This document shows positions 18,097 through 27,848 of a stretch of 35,259 bases of DNA, one piece after another; the first letter of the stretch is position 1, and each line of letters opens with the position of its first letter. The notes under the pieces were generated by a model. It searched no databases. It was not told the DNA's origin and saw only the letters and a list, made by a program, of their open reading frames with translations. A program made the position numbers and the translations under genes. Location: assembly GCA_046538485.1 (NCBI GenBank), contig JBKHIT010000054.1, positions 1 through 35,259 on the forward strand. The letters are read 5' to 3'. The DNA is from Candidatus Brocadiia bacterium (GTDB taxonomy: Bacteria > Planctomycetota > Brocadiia > SM23-32).

Positions 18097-20865
18097 ATGA
18101 GTAGCATGAAAATTTCGCCGATTAAGGTTCCCTTCTGGGCGATAGTGATTTTGCTCGCGACGACGGGGGGGGTGACCTTAACAACTTTGACGGTTTCCCA
18201 TGTGAGACGGTCACTGGAGCGAAAGAAATCCTACGGAGACCTCGCTGATTTGCTTGAGAGGGGCCGTTTGTTGGAAAAACTGCGACGCGAATCGGATTGT
18301 CGTTTGCAGGTCCCTGTCGGGGAAGATAAGGATCTGCTGGTTTGCGTTTCGCCTTCACAGCGACGCTGGATTGTCGTGGGTTGCGAAGGCGCTAAAATGT
18401 TTTTTCGCAGTTACACGGACGGGCTTGAGTTTCGAACTCGAACGTTCGATTTGCCGACTGAAAAAAAGTTGTTGCAAATTTTTTGCACCGAAGCGCGGCT
18501 GGACTTCTACTGTGGCGAACACATTCTGAGGGCTCGGGCGCCGCAAAATTGGCGATGGTTGGTTGCGCCCATCGGGAAGAATTTGTCCGCCGGAGAAGAA
18601 CGCATTTCTGTTTTTCGCTCGGTGCTCAAGGAAGACGGATTCCAGCGTCGCAGTTTTGGTCGTAATGATGGCTGGATGGTTGAGGAGGGCAGCTGGCATA
18701 CGCTCATGAGAGGAGGAGGGGAGGGAAATGCCGCGAACGCTTTTGTCTTGACGGCGCGACACCAAAGCGGTTTGCGGCCCACTGTCAGAACCGGGTGGAA
18801 ACTATGCGCGAACTATACAGTTCTGGTGAGTGCTCGCCCGGCTTCCCCTCAGGCAACATACAGATTCATGGTGGGAAATAAAGAGGGCTCGCAGGTCAGT
18901 TTCGGATGGGACGGCGACCGGCGGGTCTGGACTCTGAAATATTTCGGACCCGATGACCGGACATGGACATACGATTACGACCGGGTCGTTTTGCCACCGG
19001 GCAACTGGCAGCGCTTCGGCCTCCGGCTCAAAAGCCCTTTTGAAGTTGTCCCGCTGCGTGGAGGCAGAGAATTGGAGGGTAAACGTTTGCCGGGGCCCGT
19101 TTTTGGGCGGGTGCGTATAAGAGCAGAAAACGCCCCCGTATATTTTGACGATTTCCAGCTACGGGGAAGAGACATCCCCGCGGTGAGAGCCACCCCACTC
19201 CATGTTGAAAGCCGTTCGTTCGCCGGGAAAAAGGTCAATGAGAAAAAAGATGAAGGTTTTGTGAAATGGGCGCACGATACGTTGAGTTGCAAAAGGACGA
19301 GGTTTAAGACCAGTGAGGGGACCGTTCCGGCCAATCGGTACAGAATTCCTCTATACGGGGATTTTACCTACAAAGGACCTTCAGAAGGATGCAATCGTGT
19401 GCTTTTGAAACTGGCAGATGAAAAGGGGGCCGACGTGCGAATGGCATTCATACGACAAAAGCAACGCTGGTGGTACTGCGGGGAACAGGTCGGCGGGCAT
19501 TTGACCAGAGGCGGGCAAGTAAACGTTCCAAGGCTGAGATTGTATTGTCGGAACGGAGCGATCTACATGGACGGACAGCCCAAAAAACCGTTGCGGCATC
19601 TGAATCTTGACAGACCGATTTATCTGACGGTTGCCACCCCGGGGCTTAAGCTTGAAAAGGAAAAGCATGAAATTACTTCCTATAAACTCTGGGATGAATT
19701 TTTTGAGACTTCACCCTTTGAATGGGTATGGCAGTGCGGAAGTTTCGGTATGCAGTACCGCTGGGGGTGCCAAAAACGCTGGAATTGGATGGGAGGGTGG
19801 TCCGATAACCTGGCTATGGGCTTTTCTCGAGCTCGCTACGATGGGGGCCAATCGGTCGAATACTATGTCTGCATGAAAGATTTGCTGGAGGGCATCAACA
19901 AGCGGCGTTACATGCGGCGGGATTTGAATTTTTCATTTTGCACCGACGGACGGAATATTGCCAGTGGTTATTCGCTGGTCTTTGGAGGTTTTGGCAGCGG
20001 GAAACTGTACTTTTTGAAGGGGGGTGAGGTCCTTGCGTCAACGGGCAAAGTGAGAATGCCATCGTTCCCGGGAACTCACCATGACGTGCATTGGAGGTGG
20101 TGGCATTTTCGCGTTGAGAAACGAGGTGGGCATATAAAAGTTTTTGCGGACGAGAGAAAAGTTTTTGATGTCCATGATGAGGATCCGATATCAGGGGGGC
20201 ACCTGGCATTTTGGAGTCTGCGCGACGGGTTTCTGCTGGCGCGTGTGCGAATCGCAGCAGCAAGGCGCACCGACCTCCCGCAAAAGTTTGAGTATGTGCC
20301 AAATTCGGGGAATGAGAAATGGAAGGCGTTGGACTCTGGATGCGTGGGTGTTTCGCAGAGCGGGCAGATGACAGAAGTTCGAAACCGGATAGGGGGAGGG
20401 GTTTTTGCTGTTCGTTGGCAGGGCGCCCCGCGGGATCTTTCGGACACACCGGTCATGGAACTGCCGTTCCGGGCTGCCCGTGGCGCCAAAGTCAATCTAC
20501 ATCTCCAGATTTCAGGTCGGTGTTATGTTGTTCCACTGACCGCTCCCCGGAACAAGACGCCCTTTGCGCTTTGTCCCAGATGGCGTCAGATGCAAAGGAA
20601 ACAACTTTTTTATCATGTCGTGCAGGCCCCCCAAATGGACTCGGAACATTTCCTCGACCAGGTGCAGATTGGGGACGGGAAAGTTACCGTTGATTTGAGC
20701 GAGACTTTTCGTGCCGGGGAAGGGCAATTAGAAAGTCTTGTTGTCGGGAATGTTTCAAATAACAAATATCTTCTGGCAGGATTTTCGGGAAATGCGTCCG
20801 GAGCCCGATACTGGCTCGGCCGCCCGAGTTTTCGACCGCAGTCCGAAGATCGTGGTGCGCGTTAG
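18097..20865 (+). CDS. Large membrane-anchored hypothetical protein with probable concanavalin/LamG-like beta-sandwich domains
   Basis: 922-aa uninterrupted ORF with an N-terminal hydrophobic helix and Trp/Gly-rich beta segments (e.g. WWHFRVEKRGGHIKVFAD..GGHLAFWS). Confidence 0.75.
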   Translation: MSSMKISPIKVPFWAIVILLATTGGVTLTTLTVSHVRRSLERKKSYGDLADLLERGRLLEKLRRESDCRLQVPVGEDKDLLVCVSPSQRRWIVVGCEGAKMFFRSYTDGLEFRTRTFDLPTEKKLLQIFCTEARLDFYCGEHILRARAPQNWRWLVAPIGKNLSAGEERISVFRSVLKEDGFQRRSFGRNDGWMVEEGSWHTLMRGGGEGNAANAFVLTARHQSGLRPTVRTGWKLCANYTVLVSARPASPQATYRFMVGNKEGSQVSFGWDGDRRVWTLKYFGPDDRTWTYDYDRVVLPPGNWQRFGLRLKSPFEVVPLRGGRELEGKRLPGPVFGRVRIRAENAPVYFDDFQLRGRDIPAVRATPLHVESRSFAGKKVNEKKDEGFVKWAHDTLSCKRTRFKTSEGTVPANRYRIPLYGDFTYKGPSEGCNRVLLKLADEKGADVRMAFIRQKQRWWYCGEQVGGHLTRGGQVNVPRLRLYCRNGAIYMDGQPKKPLRHLNLDRPIYLTVATPGLKLEKEKHEITSYKLWDEFFETSPFEWVWQCGSFGMQYRWGCQKRWNWMGGWSDNLAMGFSRARYDGGQSVEYYVCMKDLLEGINKRRYMRRDLNFSFCTDGRNIASGYSLVFGGFGSGKLYFLKGGEVLASTGKVRMPSFPGTHHDVHWRWWHFRVEKRGGHIKVFADERKVFDVHDEDPISGGHLAFWSLRDGFLLARVRIAAARRTDLPQKFEYVPNSGNEKWKALDSGCVGVSQSGQMTEVRNRIGGGVFAVRWQGAPRDLSDTPVMELPFRAARGAKVNLHLQISGRCYVVPLTAPRNKTPFALCPRWRQMQRKQLFYHVVQAPQMDSEHFLDQVQIGDGKVTVDLSETFRAGEGQLESLVVGNVSNNKYLLAGFSGNASGARYWLGRPSFRPQSEDRGAR

Positions 20866-21328
20866 CCCGCCTTATCGCACGAAGCTTAAAGAAAAATTGC
20901 CATAAACGGCATTTCAGATAGACATTACAACGCAATGTGTAGCAATTCTGAGTACACAGTATGTAATCTGAAGGGAGCGGCGCCAGCATTACATCTGCTT
21001 TGTCAGCCTGTAGTTGAAGTATAAGTGAACACTTCGCTCCGCTGGCTGGGGGGCTCCTCGCTTCGCGGTGGTGCGGTCCTCGTCCTGGGTTTGGCTTCCG
21101 CGCAGCTGCAGCATTGGGGCGGCTTGAGAAAAGCGGGTTAATTGGCCTCGATTTTTGCCGGGAAGGTCGCTGAACTTGTTTCCTTATCGTGATTGCGGGC
21201 TCTTGCAAAACTCCGCGGTAGGAGTTACCGTATGTTCATTGATTTTGGAATGAATTGCGACCATGAACCAGCGGGCGTCGAGCTGGTTTGTGAGGAAGAT
21301 AAATTTTTGTTGATCAGGACAAATCATT

Positions 21329-22495
21329 ATGGACGAGATAGAATTGGAATGTGAATCCTGCGGACGCACTTTCAAGGTCCCGGCGGCCATGGCGGGGCAG
21401 AGTGCCGTGTGTAAGTGTGGTCACCGAATTCAGATACCCGATAAACCGGGGGAAGAAGACCAAGAAACCGAAGGGGCGGCTGGCGGGAGCCGCGAGGGGA
21501 TGGCTGTTCCTGAAGAAGATGCGGTAGTTCCCGGGGAGGAAGAAGCCCCGATGCCGCCCGCCGATGAGGAAGAACTGGGAGAAGAGGCGCCTCTTCCACC
21601 GTCCGATGAAGAGGAAGCGGAAGAAGGACCTTTGCCCCCGGCTGACGAAGAAGAACCGGGTGAGCCTTTGGTTCCCCCGGCTGCGGGGGCAGAGGAAGAG
21701 TTACCACCTCCACCGGCGGACGAAGAGGAAGTGCCGGTTCCCAAATCTGCGGGGGTAACCCGCAGGTATCGTGCTTACGGAAAGCCCGAAGGCAAGGAGA
21801 TGAGCCGGCGCCGACTTGTAGTAATAGGTGCAATTATTGTTGTTGCGGCTCTTGCAGCGTATCTTCTTATCGGTGTGTTGTTGCAGCCGCAGGGCGCCCA
21901 TCGTGCGGTGTATTCCCGCAGCCTCGGCCGTTTGAAACTAATACTTATGTTTCGGCCGGAACAGAAGGATGCCCGGGATAAGGACGGCCGCGTTCCGCTG
22001 CATGATGCTGCATTCAAAGGATATGAGGAAATAGCCGGGTATCTTGCACGGGAAGGAGCGGATCTTAACGTTCAGGATGACGATGGTTTAACCCCCCTGA
22101 TGATGGCGACGTATGAGGGGCACGACGATGTTGTACGTGTTTTATTGGGCCATGGGGCGAACCCGGATTTGAAGGAGGATGTGGATGTTGAAAAGAAATT
22201 GAGGGGCCGTGCGCCTCTGCACGTCGCGGTCCAAAAGGGGCATGTGGACGTAGTATCTGAGTTGCTTTTGAGCGATGCTAACCCTGATGTGAGGGATATG
22301 GAGGAGAATACTCCGCTCCACATTGCTGCAAAAGAAGGACGGTACAAGTGTGCCGTAAAACTTCTGGAGAAGGGAGCCGATCCGAACCTGGTTAACCAAA
22401 AAGGAGAAACCCCTCGTGACATTGCCTTCACGCGAGCCCAGGATCGCGTTGAAAAATTGCTGGCCCAACACGGTGCGAAAGGTGGCGCTTTGTAA
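21329..22495 (+). CDS. Zinc-ribbon / acidic Pro-rich linker / TM / ankyrin-repeat protein
   Basis: CESC..CKC N-terminus, repeats, one TM helix, then ankyrin repeats (VPLHDAA, TPLMMA, APLHVA, TPLHIAA, TPRDIA). Confidence 0.88.
   Translation: MDEIELECESCGRTFKVPAAMAGQSAVCKCGHRIQIPDKPGEEDQETEGAAGGSREGMAVPEEDAVVPGEEEAPMPPADEEELGEEAPLPPSDEEEAEEGPLPPADEEEPGEPLVPPAAGAEEELPPPPADEEEVPVPKSAGVTRRYRAYGKPEGKEMSRRRLVVIGAIIVVAALAAYLLIGVLLQPQGAHRAVYSRSLGRLKLILMFRPEQKDARDKDGRVPLHDAAFKGYEEIAGYLAREGADLNVQDDDGLTPLMMATYEGHDDVVRVLLGHGANPDLKEDVDVEKKLRGRAPLHVAVQKGHVDVVSELLLSDANPDVRDMEENTPLHIAAKEGRYKCAVKLLEKGADPNLVNQKGETPRDIAFTRAQDRVEKLLAQHGAKGGAL
21539..21730 (+). repeat. Coding tandem repeat (~13-aa EE-x-P-L-PP-A-DEEE units, about five copies)
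   Basis: EEAPMPPADEEE / EEAPLPPSDEEE / EEGPLPPADEEE / GEPLVPPAAGA / EELPPPPADEEE, with degenerate codons. Confidence 0.8.
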
Positions 22496-22526
22496 GAGAG
22501 CGAAGTCCAGTTTAAGGCCATCGAAC

Positions 22527-22556
22527 TTGACATTTACCGAAATCGCCATTTATAAT
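22527..22556 (+). promoter_or_regulatory. Consensus sigma-70 promoter
   Basis: TTGACA-18 bp-TATAAT upstream of 22616. Confidence 0.75.
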
Positions 22557-22615
22557 GTAAAATTGCGTGAGATGTTTATTTGACAGTGAATAAGTGAGCA
22601 GACTGGACGGATTCG

Positions 22616-23086
22616 ATGCCCGCAGAACGTGGAGGTTATCAGACGGCGAGCCCGGATGATAACGGCGTCAGTGAAGAACATCAGCTGGCCTTAAGGCTTC
22701 CCTTTTTCGGAATTCTGGTGGCGATACTGGTTGCCGTTGCCGGGTGGTTTGTTGCCTCTGCTTTGGACAGTGGGAATGAAGTTGCTCTTACTACCCGTGC
22801 TCATTATGCGGTAAGGCTTCGAGTCGTACCTTCAAAGTTTGCTGAGGAGGCCCGACGATTGGCGGAGAACCCCCCGGCGGAGCTGGGAGAACTCGTAGGG
22901 CAGTACAGAATACATTTGCAAGAAAAACCCGATGGTTCTTTCGTCCTTTGCGCCGGTGATTTCGCGTCCAAAGAGTCTCCCCGGGCGAACAAACTTCTCC
23001 AGCGAATCAGGAATTATGAACGTGGAGATGAACGCCCTTTTCGGTCTGCTGCTTTGATCGCTTTCACAGCTGATCGCTTTCGTTGA
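22616..23086 (+). CDS. Membrane-anchored hypothetical protein, possibly with a SPOR-like domain
   Basis: One TM helix, then YAVRL...FVLCAGDFASKE..A..LLQRI, a pattern reminiscent of SPOR domains. Confidence 0.65.
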   Translation: MPAERGGYQTASPDDNGVSEEHQLALRLPFFGILVAILVAVAGWFVASALDSGNEVALTTRAHYAVRLRVVPSKFAEEARRLAENPPAELGELVGQYRIHLQEKPDGSFVLCAGDFASKESPRANKLLQRIRNYERGDERPFRSAALIAFTADRFR

Positions 23087-23114
23087 TGGTTTTCCAAAGA
23101 AGCAGGTAACTGAT

Positions 23115-23399
23115 ATGTCTATGCACAAAAGTCTAAGATCGAAAAGCAAATACACGCGCTCCAGGAATGTTTTGACGCGCGAGGAGCGCATTGAACGTCT
23201 TCTTGAAGAAGAGGAAGACCGTTGGTCGGAAGATGAGTCGGTGTTTGGTCTTCCTAAAGTCAAGATCGAGACGGTGACCCCACGCAAGAAAGCTGCCGAG
23301 GAAGAAGAGGAGGAAGAGCTTGAAGAGGGGATGGAAGGTGAGCTCGAAGGCGAGGGTGAAGGAAAAGAAGAGGAAGAGACAGAAGAAGTCGCCGAGTAG
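23115..23399 (+). CDS. PVC-superphylum signature protein (small basic protein family) with an acidic C-terminal extension
   Basis: MSMHKSL......RNVLTREERI..L....RW.....VFGLPKVK matches the family consensus. Confidence 0.88.
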   Translation: MSMHKSLRSKSKYTRSRNVLTREERIERLLEEEEDRWSEDESVFGLPKVKIETVTPRKKAAEEEEEEELEEGMEGELEGEGEGKEEEETEEVAE

Positions 23400-23443
23400 C
23401 AGGCAGCGATTCCCCACTGACTTTCCGTCTGGAGGTTCTCTCC

Positions 23444-24550
23444 TTGGGTTTCGAACATCTCATTGCGGGACGAATGTCTGAAATCGATAGCTCGGGTATT
23501 CGTAGAGTTTTTGATCTTGCCAAAAATATTTCCAATCCCGTCAATCTCAGCATCGGTCAGCCGGATTTTGAGGTCCCCGGGCCCGTCAAGAACGCGGCTG
23601 TCGAGGCTATTAATAGCAACCAAAACCGCTACACGGTTACTCAGGGCATTCAGGAACTTCGAGAAGGGGTGCTGGAGACTGAAAAGGAGCGGACGGGGAT
23701 AGAGCACGAAGGTGTTCTCATAACGAGTGGAGTTTCTGGCGGTCTGCTACTGGCTTTGATGGCTCTGGTAAATCCGGGCGACGAGGTGGTGATCCCCGAT
23801 CCCTATTTTGTGATGTACAAACATTTGTGCCGTCTGCTCGGCGGGGAACCTCTTTTTGTAGATACGTATCCGGATTTCCAGCTTACCGTTGAACGTCTCA
23901 AGGATGCCGGTGCTGGTCGTGCGAAACTGCTTTTGCTCAACAGCCCCAATAATCCTACCGGCCAGATTTTGCCCGAGAATGAACTTCGTCGGATTGCATC
24001 ATGGTCCGAAGAAAACGAGGTTCTTATTCTGTCCGACGAGATTTACAGCGACTTTGTGTACGATGGAGACTGTGTGAGCGTTGCTTCATTTGCCCAGAAC
24101 GTTTTGCTTCTGAGCGGTTTCAGCAAGAGTTCGGGGATGACGGGCTGGAGATTAGGTTATGCCATCGGCCCAGAAGAAATCATCGGGGAGATGACGAAAC
24201 TGCAGCAGTTCAGTTTCGTGTGTGCTCCTTCTATAGCTCAGCATGCGGGAATTATTGCGCTGGACATTGATATTGAGCCGTACATTGAGGCCTACCGAAG
24301 AAAGCGGGATCTGACATACGAAGGGCTAAAAAAGAAATTCGATCTTCCCGAACCTCAGGGCGCTTTTTATGCTTTTGTCAGGGCACCGGATGGAGACGGG
24401 GACGCGTTTGTCGAAAAAGCGATTGAGCATAGCTGTCTGGTGATCCCCGGCAGTGTTTTCAGCGAATCAGGCACCCACTTTCGCCTGTCCTTCGCAGCAC
24501 CAGATGAGACGATAGAAAAAGGGACGAAGTTGCTCTGTTCTCTGGTGTGA
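23444..24550 (+). CDS. PLP-dependent aminotransferase class I/II (aspartate aminotransferase-like)
   Basis: LSIGQPDF, NSPNNPTG, SDEIY, SGFSKSSGMTGWRLG; SD GGAGG 8 nt before the TTG start. Confidence 0.93.
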   Translation: MGFEHLIAGRMSEIDSSGIRRVFDLAKNISNPVNLSIGQPDFEVPGPVKNAAVEAINSNQNRYTVTQGIQELREGVLETEKERTGIEHEGVLITSGVSGGLLLALMALVNPGDEVVIPDPYFVMYKHLCRLLGGEPLFVDTYPDFQLTVERLKDAGAGRAKLLLLNSPNNPTGQILPENELRRIASWSEENEVLILSDEIYSDFVYDGDCVSVASFAQNVLLLSGFSKSSGMTGWRLGYAIGPEEIIGEMTKLQQFSFVCAPSIAQHAGIIALDIDIEPYIEAYRRKRDLTYEGLKKKFDLPEPQGAFYAFVRAPDGDGDAFVEKAIEHSCLVIPGSVFSESGTHFRLSFAAPDETIEKGTKLLCSLV

Positions 24551-24582
24551 ATTGGTTCCGCGTGGTGGGTTCTGGGCGGAAT

Positions 24583-26019
24583 TTATTTCAGTCCGTATTT
24601 TGCCAGTTTTCTATACATTGTGGCGCGGCTCAATCCGAGCTGGCGGGCGGCTTCGCTGACATTTTCTCCACACTGTTCGAGAGCCTGGACAATGGCTCTT
24701 TTTTCCAGTTCTTCAAGCGGAATGATCTCGCCTGAGGTATTTGTTTCTACGGGCGGGGGGCTGAGGGCTTCTTTCACCGTCTCCAGAGCTTCTTCCACCG
24801 AGAGGTCGGGCATCTGTCGATTTTCTGCCCCGTCATGTATTGGTTCGGGAATGAGATTGGCGGTTACCGTATCGGTGGTTGCGAGAACAACGATCCTTTC
24901 GATGGTATTGCGCAGTTCCCGGACATTTCCTGGCCAGGGGTATTTCAAGAACAGTCGCATCGCGTCAGCTGAAAAATCCCAGAAATATTTGTTGTGTTTT
25001 TCGGCGAAGGTCTCGAGGAAATGTTTCGCCAGAACGGGAATATCCTCCGGGCGTTCCCGCAGTGGAGGGAGATGGATGGGGACGACGTTGAGCCGGTAGT
25101 ATAGATCTTCCCGTAAAGAACCCTGTTCGACTTCGTGAAGGGGGTCGCGATTTGTGGCAGCCAGAAGACGGGTGTCAACGTGAATCGGTTCGGACCCGCC
25201 GACCCGTGTGAATTGCCGCTCTTCCAGGAACCGAAGCAGTTTCGATTGCAGATCGACGTCCATCTCGCAGATTTCATCGAGGAAGAGCGTGCCGAGATGA
25301 GCCTGCTCGCAACGTCCAATCCGCCGCCTGTCCGCACCGGTAAAGGCGCCTTTTTCGTGTCCGAAAAGCTGGCTTTCGAGCAGATCTTTGGGGATTGTGG
25401 CGCAATTGACGGAGATAATATTCCCCGTTTCTGCCCGTGCGCTGAGCCGATGGATAGTGTGGGCAACGAGCTCTTTCCCGGTTCCGCTTTCTCCGAATAG
25501 CAGAACAGTGGCATCGGTTTTGGCGACTTTAGCGATTGTGGAGTAAATGCGTTGGAGTGCCGGGCTGACTCCCACCAGTTTCCCGCCGAATTTGCCCCAG
25601 CGTTTGTACGCCTCTTCAAGCTGATCGATTTGCATCAGCATCCGGTGTTCATCGGCGGCCTGACGGAGAGTAGATTCAAGTCGTTCGTGGATGTTCGGGC
25701 TATCGATAACGTCGTACGCGCCGTTTCGTACGCACCGGACGACCGTTTCCACCTCGGGGTTTTTGGTGAGGACAACAACGGGAAGCCGGAGGAAACGCCG
25801 ATTCATATCTGAAAGGATATTTTGTCCCTGTGCGATAGCCGAAGTATCCGTCAGCAGGACATCAGGCACAGCCTCGGCCATTTTTTGCCGGAGATCTTCA
25901 CGGGAATTACAGAGGACAACCCTGAAACCATCCAACTCCTCATTTGGTGGAAGTTGCTCTCTTATAATTGGTCCCAGGCCATAAAGGAGCTTTGCTTCTG
26001 TGTCATTTTCATCCGACAT
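24583..26019 (-). CDS. NtrC-like sigma-54-dependent activator with a degenerate receiver domain
   Basis: GESGTGKE, GAFTGA, FLDEI, WPGNVREL and a Fis HTH. The N-terminal REC-like fold lacks the acidic pair and the conserved Lys. Confidence 0.9.
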   Translation of the reverse strand: MSDENDTEAKLLYGLGPIIREQLPPNEELDGFRVVLCNSREDLRQKMAEAVPDVLLTDTSAIAQGQNILSDMNRRFLRLPVVVLTKNPEVETVVRCVRNGAYDVIDSPNIHERLESTLRQAADEHRMLMQIDQLEEAYKRWGKFGGKLVGVSPALQRIYSTIAKVAKTDATVLLFGESGTGKELVAHTIHRLSARAETGNIISVNCATIPKDLLESQLFGHEKGAFTGADRRRIGRCEQAHLGTLFLDEICEMDVDLQSKLLRFLEERQFTRVGGSEPIHVDTRLLAATNRDPLHEVEQGSLREDLYYRLNVVPIHLPPLRERPEDIPVLAKHFLETFAEKHNKYFWDFSADAMRLFLKYPWPGNVRELRNTIERIVVLATTDTVTANLIPEPIHDGAENRQMPDLSVEEALETVKEALSPPPVETNTSGEIIPLEELEKRAIVQALEQCGENVSEAARQLGLSRATMYRKLAKYGLK

Positions 26020-26132
26020 CTCATTTTCCTCGCGATTACAACTGGGCCGAGACGAACCGATCAGGAATCAAAAGTTGCTTTCCCCTCCCGGACATATGGA
26101 CCGCTTCGATTCATTTTATTATGATTTTTATT

Positions 26133-26480
26133 TTATTCGGTATTTTTTTTGACCAGTTCAAGGGCATCTTCAAGATCATCCGCAATGGGAAAGACCCGCG
26201 TTAAGCGGGTTAGTTCCAGGATAGATCTTGCAAATTCCGGAACGTTGACCAGGCACAGGTCGCCGCCTTTTGCGGCACATCGGCGTAGACACCCCACCAG
26301 CACGCCAAGCCCTGAGCTATCGATGAAATCGAGATTTTCCAGACTTATTATCAGAACGCCATTACCTTCCTGGATGAGTTCATGCAGACCAGACTTGACT
26401 TCCGGGGCTGAATTGGCATCCAGGCGTTCTTCAAGCTTTATAAGTGTTGCGCCATCAAGATTTTCGATATCTTTGATCAT
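26133..26480 (-). CDS. STAS-domain anti-sigma factor antagonist (RsbV/SpoIIAA-like)
   Basis: RLDANSAP, LDFIDSSGLGVLV, ILELTRL. Confidence 0.92.
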   Translation of the reverse strand: MIKDIENLDGATLIKLEERLDANSAPEVKSGLHELIQEGNGVLIISLENLDFIDSSGLGVLVGCLRRCAAKGGDLCLVNVPEFARSILELTRLTRVFPIADDLEDALELVKKNTE

Positions 26481-26539
26481 TTTTTCGCCCTTGCAGCTCG
26501 CTATAAATTATATCTGAACATCTGGTACTCAGTCGCATT

Positions 26540-26569
26540 ATGGTAAGGACCGTATCCGGGTTTTGTCAA
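26540..26569 (-). promoter_or_regulatory. Possible sigma-70 promoter of the STAS gene
   Basis: TTGACA-18 bp-TACCAT on the minus strand. Confidence 0.45.
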
Positions 26570-26690
26570 CGGTCGTGGGCGATTCAAGGGCTCCACAGGA
26601 GGTGTGATTGTGCTTAAGCACTTTCAAAAATGGCCGGGGTATGGTAGAAAGAAACTATAGCATAGAATGCGAAGGAATTGAGGAGAGACC

Positions 26691-27575
26691 ATGTCCAAAG
26701 ATACACATGTTTTGCTGGATACGGATATTGGTTCAGACATAGACGATGCAGTGTGTCTCGCCTATTTGCTTGCCGAGCGGCGGTGCGGTTTGCTGGGAAT
26801 CTCTACGGTGAGCGGGGAAGCTCCGAAACGAGCGATGCTTGCTGATGCGATATGCCGTGCTGCCGACCGGATCGAGGTGCCGATTTGGAGCGGAAGCGAA
26901 TCACCTCTCATAGGAGAAAAAAGGCAAAAAACTGCCCCGCAGGCTGAAGTTCTCCAGGACAGAGATTACGAAGCCGACGTGGAGGATAATAAAGCTGTCT
27001 GGATGATGAGAGACACAATTCGAGAATATCCGGGCGATATAACGCTGCTCACGGTCGGTCCGCTGACCAATATCGCTCTGCTTTTTGCGCTGGATCCGGA
27101 GATCCCCCGGATGCTTGATCGGCTTGTCGTCATGGGGGGAGATTTTCGGGAATCGCGTCAGGGAGAATGGAACGTCGTCTGCGATCCATATGCGTCTGCA
27201 ATTGTCTTTTCGGCTCCGGTCAGGGAAATTCAGGTCCATCCGTTGGATGTTACCACCCAGTGTACGATGGATGCGCACGAATGCCGGGAACGATTCCAGG
27301 GCGGGCCCCTTGACCTGGTTGCTGAGATGGCGGAGGTCTGGTTCCGTGAGCGGGAGGACGTGACATTTCACGATCCATTAGCCGCCTGTTGCATGTTCGA
27401 GCCTGAGATTTGTTCGTACAAAAGGGGAGATCTCCACGTGGAACTTTATGACCGCGAAAATCTGGGGTACACTGCCCTTAGTGAACGAAGCGGAGCACAC
27501 TGTAAAGTTGCCGAGGATGTGGAAGTTGAGCGGTTTTTTGATCGGTATTTCAGCACAGTCCAGATATTTGGTTGA
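26691..27575 (+). CDS. Nucleoside hydrolase (IU-NH family)
   Basis: DTDIGSDIDDA Ca-binding motif, GPLTNIA, MGG, EWNV..DP, FHDPLA. Confidence 0.92.
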   Translation: MSKDTHVLLDTDIGSDIDDAVCLAYLLAERRCGLLGISTVSGEAPKRAMLADAICRAADRIEVPIWSGSESPLIGEKRQKTAPQAEVLQDRDYEADVEDNKAVWMMRDTIREYPGDITLLTVGPLTNIALLFALDPEIPRMLDRLVVMGGDFRESRQGEWNVVCDPYASAIVFSAPVREIQVHPLDVTTQCTMDAHECRERFQGGPLDLVAEMAEVWFREREDVTFHDPLAACCMFEPEICSYKRGDLHVELYDRENLGYTALSERSGAHCKVAEDVEVERFFDRYFSTVQIFG

Positions 27576-27596
27576 GATATTTGAGGGAGGAAAACG

Positions 27597-27797
27597 GTGG
27601 CCGGCAACCAGCTTGCTATTCCAGGGGTCGAGCCACTCGGCGAACCTTACGGGCCGATACATGCCATCATCGGGTTGGTCGTTTTGGTAGCTTTTGTGGT
27701 GGGAATGGTCCTGTATTTTCGATGGAAACTTCCCCGCGAGACTCCTGAATCCGATGGTGAAGGAAGACATCAGAGCGAATCAAGTGACGAGGACTGA
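27597..27797 (+). CDS. Small single-TM membrane protein
   Basis: 66 aa with a clear hydrophobic helix followed by RWK; strong SD GAGGGAGG; fills the gap in a co-directional run. Confidence 0.7.
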   Translation: MAGNQLAIPGVEPLGEPYGPIHAIIGLVVLVAFVVGMVLYFRWKLPRETPESDGEGRHQSESSDED

Positions 27798-27848
27798 TAA
27801 GAATATGCTGCACCCGTGGCACCAAACTGAGTAAAGGACTTAGAAACC

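Noticed and set aside
20866..21328. Intergenic region with an imperfect hairpin ATGTAAT..ATTACAT (20961-20994) and a GC-rich tract
   Set aside because: Could not be matched to 6S, SRP, a riboswitch or a repeat family; the evidence is too weak.
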